64,000 bases of DNA, from positions 107,510,001 to 107,574,000 of the forward strand of contig NC_045697.1 of assembly GCF_009834535.1 (NCBI RefSeq). The letters are read 5' to 3'. Under the pieces are notes generated by a model. The model was not told where the DNA came from. It made no database searches and saw only the letters and a list, made by a program, of their open reading frames with translations. The DNA comes from Camelus ferus. Taxonomy: Eukaryota. Positions 1 through 13,789 of the stretch are shown piece after piece (the stretch's first letter is position 1; every line of letters starts with the position of its first letter). The position numbers were made by a program, and so were the translations under genes.

Positions 1-2094
1 GTGACTCTACTTTTGTAATGTTTGTTTATAACTCTACTGTAAAGAGAGTGGATGTGGTCAAATTTTCATCTACTTTTTAATTTTCCTGGAGTTTTACAAG
101 CTTTAAGTTGTTTCATTGCTTAAATTAAGAGAGTATAATAATAAATGCAAAAAGTATTCAAATCTCTTTTATAAACATGTTTCTAGCAGACAGTATTATT
201 GTACATTCAGCACTAACTTTTCCCTTAAACCTCGAACTCAAAAATCTAGATGGTTTAAATTTTTTCCAAATTTTATTTTAAAATTATATCTTAATCATAC
301 AACAATCAGACATAATTTATTTTAAAATTATGTCTTAATACGTCACATATGGGGTCACATATTTACATATAAGTGTAATACAGAAAAGTATCCCTATTTT
401 AAGGAGCACATTCCAAGGATATCTTATAAAAAGTCTTCAAATACTATACTGTAAAGATTTGTGGACAAAAGGGAGTTTGTTTTAGATATAAACTATTTCT
501 ACCTTCGTATCTCTCCAATACTCTATCAATTCTTCTGATTCAAAAAGGTTGAAGGTATGAATTTTCTCTTTCTTCTTCCTATTAACTTCTGGCTCTCTCT
601 GAACAAGGAGACTGCCAAGACTGGGGAGGCTGGGGTGGAGATGGCAGGTGGGGATAAAAGTTAGGCTGGGGCTGGAGCTGTGGCAGTGGAACCTACGTGA
701 GGTTAGCAAAGCAAACTCAACATCTGAAACCCAAACCCCTGGATCTTGAGTTGGAGGATGTTCTGGCTTGATTGGTACATTTTTATCAAGAGTTAAACCA
801 AGTCAAGGTGCATTTTATCTATCAGAATAAAAGAAGACAGAGAGGCTTTAGCTCTGAGTGGCACAGCTGATTTGTAAGAATGGTTTCATTAAGTTAGAGG
901 CTCACCGAGTGTGCTACAATCACATTACCATCATCACTAAAGCAGAATCAGCAGACACAGCACTTTTAAAAGCCGTCATGTTATTATTACAAACATACCT
1001 CTTCCACGGGGCATTTTGCTGTGCACTATTCATGAGTGCTAAGGGAAAAAAAGAAGGGGTTACAGAAGAGGAAAGGGAGAAAAAAGAGTGAACCCAGTTG
1101 CGTAAATTCTAACAGGAATTCAGGAGCAAAACTGTCTTGCCATGCCACTGTTTCTCCCCACTCTGCACTTCGATGGAAAGGAAAGGTTGATGAAACATAG
1201 TTTCAGAGAGTAAAGAAATATGTTGCAAGTGAAGATATGTCCACACACATAACCACAGTAAAAAAAGAAAATTTCCTACAGTTTTTAACAACAGTGAAAA
1301 AAAAAAAATCTAAAACCCATTTTTGCAAAATCAATCTGCTACTTCAACAGGGATCAATTTTCAAGTATGAATAATATTTAAAAGGTAATTCAGAAGACAA
1401 TTTACATCTTTTAAATCAGTGGCTTTTCACTTGATTCAGCCCCTTCACACCAGAGGCATTAGTAACAGCGTCCCCGGTTAGCAGAGTGGAAGTCCCACTC
1501 TGGATGTAGCTGAATGAGGGGAGAGAAGGTCTCCTAGTCATAGAGTTCTCTGCACATCTGTGGACTATCACTACTCTCCCCTCTGCTGCTCCGAATTTAA
1601 AATTTTTTTTCTCACGTTCACTCATCTTGGAAATCTCTTTTCTCTCTTGATCCTTACAGAGTGATTGGTACTTTTTGTCAGGATTGAACAAGTTTAACAG
1701 CTAGAAATCCTTTAGATTTTCACAGAGCATCTCACACTCTTCCTGCTAATTTCTCAACTATCTGCCTAATCTCATTCTCACTTTCCCAGATTAAACAGAT
1801 TTGATGTAGGTGTTGCCAGGAGAGTCAAATCTTCGACCACATAGGCCAACATGCTCCTTTTAACCCGTGCCACAAACTGCCAGTCCTCCATGCATTTTGG
1901 ATTAAGGCCACAGAATAAAGGCGATACTTTAGATGAAAGTTATATCATTTTACAGAATTATTTTCAAACTTTCCTAGTTCATATGTTTAAATTCTAAATA
2001 TAAGACAAATTCATATTCAGCTGTTTATAAAAGATTGAGATCTGGATTTGCAGTATTAGCACTAATAAAGAATTTTCCTAAGTTTCCATAGGAC

Positions 2095-2225
2095 TGTAAG
2101 CCTGGAAGGACCCTCAGTGATCATCCTGCTCCAACCTGACAGATGAGGAGACTAAGATCAGAGAAGGTCAGTGAATTATCCCACCTCACACAGCTCACTA
2201 TGGGAAGGGCTGGGAGCAGTTTGCT
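2095..2225 (-). mobile_element. MIR-family SINE fragment
   Basis: acagatgaggagactaagatcagagaaggtcagtgaatt, reverse MIR core. Confidence 0.6.
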
Positions 2226-2479
2226 TCTTGAAGCAGTTAGACTCCTTGTGGAGCCAGGAGAGCTGGATGCTAGTCTTAATTCTAAATAATTCGAAATTAT
2301 CAATTAGATGATGGTCAGAAGAAATAAAGACATAGAAGGATTATTATACTACAGGCATCCTTGTTATAGTTCTTACCAATGAAAATCACAATGGTAAAAA
2401 CAACTCATTAAATACATTTGCTTGGGACAGGGTATGAGCTGGAGGCTTCTGGCATGACAACAACAACATCCCTGGAGCG

Positions 2480-2630
2480 GAAAGCTGAAAATGGCCTTGG
2501 AGTCAGGAGGCCTAGGCTCACATCTCAGATCCACCTTGTGAGGCCACTTAACCTCTGGCACACGGTGTCCCTGCCATCTGTAAAGTGGGATAAACATCCA
2601 CCATGCAGAGCACTATTTTATAATGTAAGG
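2480..2630 (+). mobile_element. MIR fragment
   Basis: ttggagtcagg...cacttaacctct...catctgtaaagtgggataa. Confidence 0.6.
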
Positions 2631-3349
2631 GGACAGTTCCCAACTCACAGTTGGCAATGACTATTAGCTAAATCTGAATTTCACAGAATAATTTTCTCTT
2701 AAAAAGTCAATGAAAGGAAAAGCCTGACCTACCAGGTATATCCAATTAGAACACATTTAAAATCGTTACCCAAAATATTTCAGGCTTTCCAGAACGAATA
2801 CAAAAAGAAGGATCTCAAGCCTCGACTGGAACAAGAATCATTATGACAGAATTTAAAACATGATCAGTTATGGAATATTGCTTTCAAATGTGATAGTCTT
2901 CTTCCCTGCTAAGGACAGATGACAGAGTCTGGGATAGTAAAGCAAACATTTCAGTGCGTTGAGCAAGACAAAATTTGCTCACAACATTTCTTACAGAAGG
3001 GGCAAAGGGGGGATAAGGGGGGTGAAGACACAGCTATTCCCCGTTCTGTGTTTGTGTGGGCTGTTTGGCCTTACTGCGTGAACATCAGGGGTTAATGCAG
3101 CCAATAAACCCTTCACTCTGTACACAAAGTGAGTGACATGTAAGAATTAAGACAACTGGGTTATTATCTGTTTTTAAAGACAGCTCAAAGTTTCCCTTTG
3201 TTTCACCTCCTCCTCCCTCTGCCTGCAGGGACCCTGCTTCACCATTTCCTCTCCTCTCCTGCTCCAGTCCGGCCTCTCCACTGGCTCCTTCCCCGCGGCC
3301 TACAAACGTTGCCAGGCTTCCTCACCCTATAAACACGGTCAGATCTACT

Positions 3350-3734
3350 CTCTGCTTGACCCTTCTTCCTTCTCAGGCCTCCCTTGTCCTGTTTATCAGC
3401 AAATTTCATAAGAGAGTCGCCTACCCCAGTGTCCAAACCTCACGTGTTCCATTCATTGTTGAAATGAAGTGTGGCTTCCAACCTCAATGTTCTCCTGAAA
3501 CCGCCTGCTTAAAGGTCACTGCTGACCTCCTAAGTGCCACACACAATGACCTATTCTCAGCAACCTGTCACCTCACCTACTGCAGCATTAAGAGCTATCT
3601 GTGGTTCGCTCATTCTTTTTGAAAACCTCTCCTCCCTTGACCTCTAACACACGGCTGTCTCCTAGTTTTCTTTGACTCCGATCATTCTTTCTCTGCCTTT
3701 TTGATCCACTACTCCTTAGCTGCCTTCTCTTAAG
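3350..3734 (+). mobile_element. L2 reverse-transcriptase fragment
   Basis: Translates to GFQPQCSPETACLKVTADLL, resembling L2 RT (GFRPHHSTETALxKVTNDLL). Confidence 0.7.
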
Positions 3735-3989
3735 CCTTGCACAGCACAGGGGGCAAGGGGTAAGCAGGATCCATCGTGGAAGATCTACGGGAAGTCACAG
3801 ATTATAATCCCCAACAAAGAGGTCCCGAAACCCAAGAGGGAGGAGAGGTGAGAAGCCAGAGAACAAAGGCAGGAGCCAGCAAACAGGACCCCATGAGAGG
3901 AGGCCCTCCTCCCCAGCAGGGCTGGTGCTGGGTTTTCCGGTCTTGCCTCTTTTACCCTATTGAAGCTGAAAGGCACCGCTTGACCTCAG

Positions 3990-4140
3990 TCATCCATGTT
4001 TCCTAAGATTCTGTCTTTTGTCACCCTTCTCTGTTCTCAGCCCTTTCTCCCTAAATATTTAGCTACTCCCAGGGCTTTGTCTATAACCTTAATTACTCCA
4101 AATTACATCTTCAGCAAGAAATTCTTGCCTAATTTCCAAG
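3990..4140 (+). mobile_element. L2 RT fragment (continuation)
   Basis: Degenerate match to the L2 VPQGSVLGPLLF...SHGFxYHLYADDSQIYIS region. Confidence 0.5.
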
Positions 4141-5210
4141 CCCTAGTTTCCTTTTTAAATTCCTTCCCTGCTCCTTCTCCCCACTTCCCCTCATGAGCTC
4201 TTAGTCACGTAAAGCCGTCATGAATTGTTCATGTTCACAGATGAATTCTCATTAACATACACTGTGGCATTGCCACACCTTTATAATTCACCGCCTCCAA
4301 CCAACAACTAAACGTGGGGAAGCGTGGAACACCCCTCTGTACTGCCACCTTGCAAATGTTTCACTGCAATGGCTCAAATGCATGCTCTTCACACCTGTGG
4401 ATACCCTAAATTCATGCTAAATAGTGTAAGTTATGTTTCTAAAAATAGGATACATTCTCCTCAGGGTGGTGACCTCAGCTCAAATAATGTGAAGAACATT
4501 TAAAATCCCTTTCTTATTTTTTTTTTTATAACAGGTAATCCAAGTTCTATTTGGAAAAAGGATGTTTGCAGAGCCTTTTATTAAAAAGAATGTTGAAATC
4601 CTGCCACCAAAAGCTTTAAAGCTTTAAAGAGGTAAAGTAAGAAAGTATGAATGCACCATGTTAGAGAGAATTCTGTTGTAGCACTTCTATCATGCATGTG
4701 GTGGAAGTGTGAGCCAGTCTCCACAAGCATTTATATAGTCAAATATTGGGATATTTAATAAAATAAAATAAACATTTATACAGTTAGATACTGGAAGCAA
4801 GTGAATAAAAAGGGATGGGGCTTGATATTTTTGAAACCTATCAGATGTCTCTTAACTATAGAAAATGGTTACATACAACTTAACATTAGATCACTAAAAC
4901 TGACTAGGTAATACAGGTTTGTTTGTTTTTTTTTTAACACTTTTATTGTGGTGATTACAGGGCTTTTTAAAAAACAGCTTAGTTCTTTAGGAGAGAAATA
5001 TTATTCTGAGGAACTGGCTTATCAATAAATGAAAATTGAAAAGAATGTTGAAAAACTAGCTGCTTGTGTAAGATGGTTTATTACTCCTTAGGAGAAGCTA
5101 CTCATCTGATTCTTTGTAAGATTCATCAAATACAGCCACTTGCTGGAAATCTAAATCATCACTTTAAATTATTACAGAGGAAAATACAAAGCAGGAAAAA
5201 ACAAACTTAC

Positions 5211-5251
5211 ATCTCTTGATTACTGCTCTAATGGATGACAAGGGTCCTTGG
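5211..5251 (-). CDS. SH3D19: SH3 domain-containing protein 19, 41-nt internal coding exon: (S)QGPLSSIRAVIKR(S)
   Basis: Minus strand reads ttcttttttttttttctag|CCAAGGACCCTTGTCATCCATTAGAGCAGTAATCAAGAGAT|gtaagt. Strong polypyrimidine acceptor and GTAAGT donor; phase 2 in, phase 1 out; continues the frame of 38362-38401. Confidence 0.9.
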
Positions 5252-6674
5252 CTAGAAAAAAAAAAAAGAAAGAAAAGCTGTTACACACTCATTAATCCTT
5301 TTAAAGAAGGATCATTTATAATGCCAGGTCATTCTGGGGACTCAAATGGCACCAAGCAGCAAGTTTGGTCTATCCTATTTACAAGACACGAATTTAAGAA
5401 TCTTTAAAATTGCCTTTGGTATTTAATATGCTTTATGGGAACTGAGGAGGCTGGTGAAGTGAGTCTGCATGTAAATTTAAAATTGCTTTCACAGCTTCCT
5501 ACATACTGAGTCTTCCAGTGGACACCACTGGAAGTCAGGTAGCAATTATATGGTGCTCAAAAGAATTCTGACCCTTTATATCTCTTTTGTGTTTGACATC
5601 AGAATTCCTGCCTTCTCTTATCAGATCAAAATAGATCACTTTTATAATCAATTTGACCTAAAGGACCAACAGCATTCCTCCCTAAGATCAGAATTAAAAA
5701 CATCACCACCTAAAAAAAATCTTTTGCCTGCTTCAACTTTTGTTCAATAGCTGGTTGGTCCTGGCTGCCTCCGACTGTGTGACCTTGGGCAAGTAACAGA
5801 ACCCTTCTGAGCCTCAACTTACTCATTGGTCAAAACTCACCAGCTGCAAAGGTTAATGTTACTAGTTTGTGAGGCTGTTTGTTCATCTGATTTTTGTCTT
5901 TATTCAGAACAGATGGAATAATTATTTTTGGAATCATTTAGAAAAAATACGTAACCATGAAAGTTTAATGATATGATTTAGAAAGAAAACTTGTTTATAA
6001 AATTCTTCATTTTTTTTCAGAATGCTCTTTTAAATTTTATACTTATTTTTGAATTTATGCTCTTTTAAAATCTATGCTTATGGTCATCTGGATAAATCCT
6101 CTTGCTGTTCCTTAGGTAGATAAGAAAAAACTTCAGGAAGATACAATGATACATAGTTTATTTTATGAGAGGGACCCTTTAGAACATACTGTTCTGACAG
6201 ACAAGAAAAAATTAAGCTGCAAGTGGTCTTCAGTATCATGAAGCTAGGACCGTAATATAAAATATAGATATTTTCAGCAACACTTTTTTTTAAATAAAAA
6301 AAAAAGTTTTTAAAGGCTTTCTGTAAACAACTACCTGAAAAAAAATTTAGTATAAGGTAATATAGAATAGGTAACAGCACTAAAACACAAGCAGGTGGAC
6401 CGAAGTTTTCAGAGGAAACTTCTTGGTGCAAAAGTGGAGAGACTCCATGTGTTAATATTATGTTGACGCAGGTACAGTAATTAAAAGGATTAGAGTCAGT
6501 ACTTAGAGCCAAAAGCCAGCCTCCTATGTGTCCAGGAAGAATATAAGAGATTTTATTGAATGTCTCCATTCAGTAGTCTCCTTACTCAGTACCACTGATT
6601 TGATGGGATGTCGTCACACTGCTACCTCTGTGAAGGAGACAGGCGTACTGACTGGGGCGGAACACGGTGGGGGG

Positions 6675-7139
6675 CGTTTGGGTTGAATTGCTCCCCCTCC
6701 AAAAAAGACACGTTGAAGCCCTCAGCTCTAGTACTTCAGCATGTGACCTTATTTGGAAACAGGGTCAATACAGATATAATTTCTACAGTAAAGAGAAAGT
6801 CATACTAGAGTAGGGTGGGCCTCTAGTTCTAACGTGACTGGTGTACTTGGAAGACCATGTGGAGACAGAGATACACAGGGGCAGTGCCACGTGATGTCAG
6901 AGGCAGGAGGATGGGAGTGATGTGGCTGCAGGCCAAGGAATGCCGCCGACGGCCCACTGGCCCCAGAAGCCAAGAAGAGGCAAGGACGGACTCCCCTGCG
7001 GCTTTCAGAGGAAGCAGGACCCCGCTGACAGACTGGGTTTCAGACTTCTAGACTCCAGAGCTGTGAGACATTAATTTCTGTCACTATAAGTCACCTAGTG
7101 TGTGGTACTTCGTTACGGCGGCCCCAGGAAACTAACACA
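6675..7139 (+). mobile_element. MaLR solo LTR (MLT1C-like) inserted in an old L1 3' tail
   Basis: gggttgaattg...tgtgaccttatttggaaacaggg...gccaaggaatgcc...ccaggaaactaacaca; L1M tail resumes at 7140-7230. Confidence 0.85.
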
Positions 7140-7733
7140 GGGCGGCCGTCCAGGGTGCTGAGTAGATGAGATAATTCATTGAGCTGTACACTTCGTGTAC
7201 TTCTCTGTATGTTATACTTTAATAAAAGTTGCGTGTGGGGTTGGAAACCTTGGCACAAAATAGAATTTTGACTGAGGTCAGCTCAGGTTCTACAATTCTC
7301 AAGACTTGCAGCATCATTTTTAGGTTAGATTTACAAACCAACCAAGCAACCAAGCAACCAACATCTTATGTCTATAACGGCATTTCCCAAACTCTATAAA
7401 GTTTCCAGTTCTCCTTCAGAGGTTGATAGAGTTTGTGGAAGGTAGAATGAAAAAGGAGGCCCATGGTTAAGTACGTCTCAATGGGAAACAGTTTTGGGAG
7501 ATGCTGGAGAAGCCTCCAGGCTGTGCGGTGCATAGAATTTCTGTATGTCAAATGTAGCTGAGGATTTGCAAAAACCGTGGTTCTGAAGATGACCCTTCAT
7601 GCCCATCTTTCTGCAGAGCCCAGGCTACAGGTGAAGGAACCACTCCACAGTCTTAAGAGAAAACCTTACAGACGGAAGTCCTCCCTCAGCGTGAGCTCAG
7701 GCTCATGTCTCAGCTGGGAACAGCCAAACCAGA

Positions 7734-7752
7734 TGGCCACCAGGGGGCAGTA
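7734..7752 (+). promoter_or_regulatory. CTCF-binding motif, near consensus
   Basis: TGGCCACCAGGGGGCAGTA versus consensus TGGCCACCAGGGGGCGCTA (17/19), in non-repeat sequence. Confidence 0.7.
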
Positions 7753-7789
7753 GATGCAGCCACACAACCCCTGATCAGAGGAGGGGGCA

Positions 7790-8035
7790 GCAGACCTTGT
7801 TCTGGATCCAACAGCCCACATTCACTTCTGGTGCCTCTGCTTGCCAGCTGGTATGACTTTGTGCAAGTTAAATTACTTAGCTTCTCCAAGGCCCCTGGTT
7901 TCCTCACATAAAAGCAAGGATAACCTACTTCCTTCATGAGGTCGTTGTGAGGAGTCAGAGGGAGAATCCATTAATACGTATGTGACATAGTGCCTGGAAG
8001 GAAGTGTGGGTTAAATAAATGTGAGCTGCTGTTAG
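7790..8035 (+). mobile_element. MIR
   Basis: gcaagtt...ttacttagcttctc...gtttcctca...gtcgttgtgagga...atagtgcctgg...aataaatgt. Confidence 0.7.
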
Positions 8036-8759
8036 CATGATTCACGTTTGTGCATAGTCTTTAGGGGCATCACAAAGCATCTGGTACATACAACCCTTGA
8101 TGGCTTCTCATTTTGGGGTCTGATATAGATAGTAGGCCTAGCAGTTTCTGTTTTTAAAAGACTTTTTTCTTTGAAATTCACTTGGCTTTCTTCCGATTTC
8201 TGCTGTTCAGATGGAACCTGAGCTCAGGCCCCTTCACGACCAAACAAAGGGCTGTGAAACTGCATCTCTGCTCCATGCTAAATGTAGAAGCCCGTGTCCC
8301 GGCTCTTGACAGAGCTGACCCAGATCTTTTGCCTTCTGCTCTTCAAGCGCTGCTGCTCTATTATCAGGTGCCCTTGTTCCTGGTGTGGCAGATAAACCTG
8401 CTCCAGAGTATAAGAGTCAAAGAAACTTCCAGAAGGGAAATAAAAGGTTGGGGAAATGGCTTTCAGATACTGAGGAGGAGAACCAAAAGCCAGGGTCAAG
8501 ACAGAACTGTCTCAGATCTGACTGCCTGATGATCCGTCTTCCTTCTGTCCCTTCGTCCACTCTCCCCCAGTGGCCCTTCTCGGGCTGTGCTGTAAGGTCA
8601 CTCACTGTGTTTGCATATAACTTTACTTAGTTGTAAAGAAGGTGGTTTTAGGAAAGAAAACTGCATTTTAAAAAAATGTTTCTTAACATAATGAATTTCT
8701 AATGATGAGATTTCAGCGACGAAGATGATGAGAACAGCTTATTATTTTGTGTGCCAAAC

Positions 8760-8890
8760 ACACAATCCATTTTGAAAATGAGGAGGAACTGAGGCTTAGA
8801 GGTTAGGGCTGCAGTCACACAGCTGGTAAGTGGCAGAGCCAGATGTGAATTCAGTACCATCTGATTATAGTCCAAAAGTCCATAATTCAC
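8760..8890 (-). mobile_element. MIR fragment
   Basis: aactgaggcttagagg...gtcacacagctggtaagtggcagagcc. Confidence 0.7.
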
Positions 8891-9667
8891 GCTTGGGTAG
8901 TTGGGTAAAAGTTTCCGGATGCTCCACAAAGTTCAATAGGTAGGCAAATACCCCTAGGCATAAAGCTGGCCCCTCAAATATCACGTCAGACTTTCATGCA
9001 GACTATGCAGATACAGGGATGAGCAAAACAAAGGTTGGCAGATACAACACTGCACTGTTGTCAACAATGACAACAAAGCACAATGATCATTCTTAATCTC
9101 ATCTAGGGAAGTCCAATCTTTCTTTACATTTTGGATTATGTTTTATTTATCATAAGATGACAGAGTCTAAAAAATATTTATACAACTTTCAAAAAAGCAG
9201 CTTGTTTCCAACTGTAAATTCACCCCCCACTCCTCCCCTTGGTGAGGCAAAACGATTTTCACAAATCTAGGAGTCGCTGGATTTGGTGTGTTTGGTACAC
9301 AAATCAGAACAATGCCTGCAAGTGCCCACTGTCATCATCACATCAGTTTTTGGAGTTCCTTCTATGTGCAGAGACAATTGAATATATTTTTTAAAATGCA
9401 TTCTTTATAAAAATCCTCGATAAAGGGCATGAGCATACATTAAAGAACCAGTCAATAAAGCCATTAGCTTAACAAGGAGTTAAACCAATGTGATCTAGAG
9501 GTGCAGCCCTCTAGTCAAGCTGATAAACACGCCAGTGCATATAAAGTTTATCCCCTTGTACAACCTTCTCCAAAGGCTCTCAACATTTGTATGGATTAAT
9601 CTCCACCTCCCAACAGAAAGTTTTAACTAGATTGGTGTGATTTTTTCAGGCTAGAAGAGGTATTCTG

Positions 9668-10190
9668 TTTCATCCATTCTTTCAAACAGTACTTATCAGA
9701 TGGGTAATATGTACAAGGCACCAGGAATGCTCTGAAAGCACAGATTCTGACCCTGGTGAGAAAGACAAATAGTGCAACTGATTTTCTATTAACAGAACAT
9801 ATGGGTAGGCACAAGGAGCTATGGAAGCAGAGAAGGTATATATCATTTGATCTTGGGGTCTGAGGAAAGACTCCCAACATGTGATACAGGTCTTCACTGA
9901 GACCTGAAAAATGTGTAAGAGGAAATGTTCTGAGGAGACAGTGTCAGATAGCATGTGCAAAAGGTCGGGAGTGAAGAGACAGCTGAGCTTTGTTTGAGCA
10001 CAGCAAATGAAGAAGCCATCGTAAGAGATAAGGGATTGGAACCCAAATGCCATGCCAAAGAATGTGGGAACATGCTGTGGAGGGAAGTGTTGATGCCAGG
10101 CGTGACCAGCTAGATTAAACACTAAGATCCATGGGTCAGGGATATGACAGCAAAGTGTTTCAAAAGCAAGTAGGAATTTGTCTGGAGACC
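9668..10190 (-). mobile_element. L2 3' region
   Basis: ttcatccattctttcaaacagtacttat...aggcacc, reverse-strand L2 tail. Confidence 0.6.
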
Positions 10191-10243
10191 TCTCTGGAAC
10201 AAGCACTGTTGACTGTAGCTGGTCTGTATGCACCAGCCATGAT

Positions 10244-11583
10244 TTTTTAAAAATTTGAAGTATAGTTGATTTACAATGTTGTGTTAATTTCTGGTGTACA
10301 GCACAGTGATTCAGTACAGCATACACACACACACACATAGATGTATACTCATTTTCAGATTCTTTCCCACTATAATCTATTAAAAGATATTGAATATAGT
10401 GCCCTGTACTATATAGTATAACCTTGTTGTTTATCTGGTTTATGTGTAGTAGTTTATATCTGCTAATCCCAAACTCCCAATTTATCCCTCCCTCCCTTCC
10501 CCCTTTAGTAACCATAAGTTTGTTTTCTATATCTGTGAGTCTGTTTCTGTTTTGTAAACAAGCTCATTTGTATCATTTTTTTAGATTTCATGTATAAGTG
10601 ATATCATAAGGTATTTGTCTTTCTCTGTCTTACTTCACTTCATATGATCATCTCTAGGTCCATCCATGTTGCTGCAGATGGCATTATTTTATTCTTTTTA
10701 TGGCTAATATTCTATTGTATAAATATACCACATCATCTTCATCCATTCATCTGTTGATGGACATTTAGGTTGCTTCCATGTCTTGGCTATTGTAAACAGT
10801 GCTGCTATGAACAATGGGGTGCATGTATCTTTTCAAATTCCAGATATATGCCCAGGAGTGGGAGTGCTGGATCATATGGTCACTCTATTTTTAGTTTTTT
10901 AAGGAACCTCCATACTGTTCTCCATAGTGGCTGCACCAATTTATATCCCCACTAACAGTGTATAAGTTTCACTTTTCTTCACATCCTGTCCAACATTTAT
11001 TATTTGTAGACTTTTTTGTTGATAGCCATTCTGACCGGTGTGAGGTGATACTTCATTGTAGTTTTGATTTGAATTTCTTGAATAATTAGCGATGCTGAGC
11101 ATCTTTTCATGTGCCTATTGGCCATGTGTATATTTTCTTCGGAGAAAGGTCTATTTAGTCTTCTGCCCAGTTTTTGACTGGGCTTTTTTTTCTTTTTTAA
11201 TTGAGTTGTATGAGTTGTTTGTATATTCTGGAAATTAAGCCCTTGTCAGTCACATTGTTTTCAAATATTTTCTTCCAGTCTGTAGGTTGTCTTTTTATTT
11301 TGTTGATGGTTTCGTTTGCTATGCAAAAGCTTATAAGTTTGATTAGGTCTCATTTGTTTCTTTTTGCTTTTATTTCTTTTGCCTTGGGAGACTGACCTAA
11401 GAAAACATTGCTATAATTCATGTCAGAGAAAGTTTTGCCTATGTTCTCTTCTAGGAATTTTATGGTGTCCTGTCTTATGTTTAAGTCTTTAAGCCATTTT
11501 GAGTTTATTTTTGTGTATAGTGTGCTAGAGTGTTCTAATTTCACTGATTTTCACGTGGCTGTCCAGCTTTCCCGGTACCACTT
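10244..11583 (-). mobile_element. 5'-truncated L1 (ORF2 3' end and 3' UTR)
   Basis: Perfect 13-bp TSD caccagccatgat (10231-10243, 11584-11596); ORF 11350-11544 translates to L1 ORF2 ([15 protein letters not shown]). Confidence 0.92.
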
Positions 11584-11837
11584 CACCAGCCATGATGTTT
11601 ATGGGATGCTTGACTTTTTAAAAGGGTTTATGAATAAATCCTGGAGTGCTGGTATTATATGTCTTGAATTGTGGGGACATCCACATTTTTAGGAATTAAA
11701 TATATGGATGATAGTATTGACACACTAATACTTAATGAGATAAATAATGAGGAGAGGTAGGAAAAAGATAAAAGTGAAATGCTAGAAAGGAAATGCTAGA
11801 AAGGCACTGGAGAAGTCCAGGGTGTCTTATTCACGCA

Positions 11838-12060
11838 TGCATGTATTCATTTATAGAGCTCTCACTATGTAAAGGCATTTTGCCACAAACTGGGGACACC
11901 AATGTTGGAGATAAATAACCTCTTCCCTCAAGAAGTATGCAGTCTTATTGACAAAAGTGTGAAAAAAAATATTATATAAGGTATTATGGGAGCCTGGAAG
12001 AGGCGTGTCTAAATTTAGCCCTGGGAGATATGAGGAAAACACAGGTTTGATGCTTAAATA
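11838..12060 (-). mobile_element. L2 3' tail fragment
   Basis: attcatttatagagctctcactatgtaaaggcattttgc...ctggggacacc...ccctcaagaagtatgcagtct. Confidence 0.55.
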
Positions 12061-12069
12061 GAACTAGCG

Positions 12070-12285
12070 CAGGTTTCCTCAGCCTTGGTACTGCTGACAT
12101 TCGTTAAGGGTGGGAGTAGGGGAGTGTCCTGTGTATTACAGGGTGATTAGCAGCATCCTTGGCCTCTACCTGTTAGATGTCAAAAGCACACACCCCCTAC
12201 CCCTCTGCAGTTGTAACAACCCAAAATCTCTCTAGACTTTGCCAAATGTCCCATGGGGGGCAAACTGCCCTCAGTTGAATCACTA
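12070..12285 (-). mobile_element. MER20 hAT-Charlie DNA transposon
   Basis: ttagcagcatccttggcctctacc...gttgtaacaacccaaaat...gccaaatgtcccatggggggcaaa. Confidence 0.8.
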
Positions 12286-13074
12286 AGCTAATGTCAACAA
12301 AACAGAGTAATAGAATTTATGTGGATGGGAGAGAAGTTGGCTTTCCATTTCTGGCTGCCAAGTTGATGGTGACAGCAGTGGGATAAAATGTGAAGGCTGG
12401 CGGTGGGGGTGGAGGGGGTGGATGTGAGGGAGTAGGACAAAGGCGGTGATGAGAAGAGAAGAAAGAAGTAAAAGAAATTTCTAGTACCAAGAACAGTTTT
12501 AGAAAAGTGGTACTATGGCTATATCAGGTGAAAAAATTAGTCTTTCTAAGAAGGAACATAAAAAGTCAGTCATTCTATGAAAACAACCTTTAAGTTAGGT
12601 GTTTATAAACCATGGATTATGTGTACTACTTTTTTATGATACCTATTTCAGGACTACAATAAAGCTTGACTTGCTGCATTTCAGGGAAAAGATCATTACA
12701 TGTACTTTTATAAACAAAGCCTTGGGCCAACTCTGATTTGATTCTCAAAACAGAAAGCAATAGTGTTATAGAATAACCAGAATACCTGTGCTTACATCTT
12801 TGGTGTGCATCAGTCAAACTTTTATCACCCTATATTACCTGCTAGATTAAGGCAATATTATGTAATGGGAGAAGAAAGTATAAGTTAGTAAATAATATTT
12901 TACTGCTGAGACAAATGTAAAGCTACAATGCCATCTTAAAAGTGTCTAAGTTAATACCATCATCACAATACGTAGGACCAGCTCTGATAAACTGTGAGGA
13001 ATGGAAAAAAAAAAAAGTGTAGTTACTTGAAACTAATGAAAACAAATTACGTTTTAGTTCTAAAACTCTGATTA

Positions 13075-13241
13075 AAAAAAAATTAAGCTACGAGGATCTA
13101 TTTTACAACGCAGGGATTATAGCCATTATGCTATAATAACTGTAAGTGGAATATAACCTTTGAAGTTGTGAATCACTATATTGTACACCTGAAACTTATA
13201 TAATACTGTACACCAACTATACCTCAATAAAAAAAATTAAA
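13075..13241 (+). mobile_element. Short L1 3' tail insertion
   Basis: 14-bp TSD taaaactctgatta (13061-13074, 13242-13255); AATAAA at 13226. Confidence 0.85.
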
Positions 13242-13789
13242 TAAAACTCTGATTAGCTTCCATAGTTAAAATTTGGGTATGGTGGGGGTGGGGGGTGGTG
13301 GTGAATTCCTTCTTAAGAATTAGAAAATAAAGATTAGTGTAAAAACTAACTGAGATTCAATTAGAATGACTTTTGCTAAAGTTAAAAACTATAACAAAAC
13401 TACAACATACTTCTATTAATATTCCAAAAACTTTAGGCAAAAAGTTATATGAGTTCTGAGTTCACTAACTTTCATCACCATTGACAGCTCAGTTATAATC
13501 ACTGAAATCTATACTATAACATCAAGTTACATCAGGTATTTTTCTACTTAATGTTTCTGAAAGACAAGAAAATCCTATGTGCAACCTTTATCTACATACT
13601 TGGTTTCAGGACAAATAAAGTTAATACATATTTAAATGAGTTTCATTAATACACTCTACCTATTATAACATTTGTAAAATGAGTTCTATTGACAGTATAT
13701 GTGTGAACATGGAGAATATGCAGGGCAGGTAGAGAGACAGCAAACAGGATGCACGAGGTACCTCCGGGCCAGCAGGACTGCAGTGGGGA

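Noticed and set aside
9682..10515. Longest ORF in the track (277 aa, minus strand)
   Set aside because: It starts in an L1 3' UTR and runs across the TSD into an L2 remnant; a chance chimeric frame with no coherent protein.
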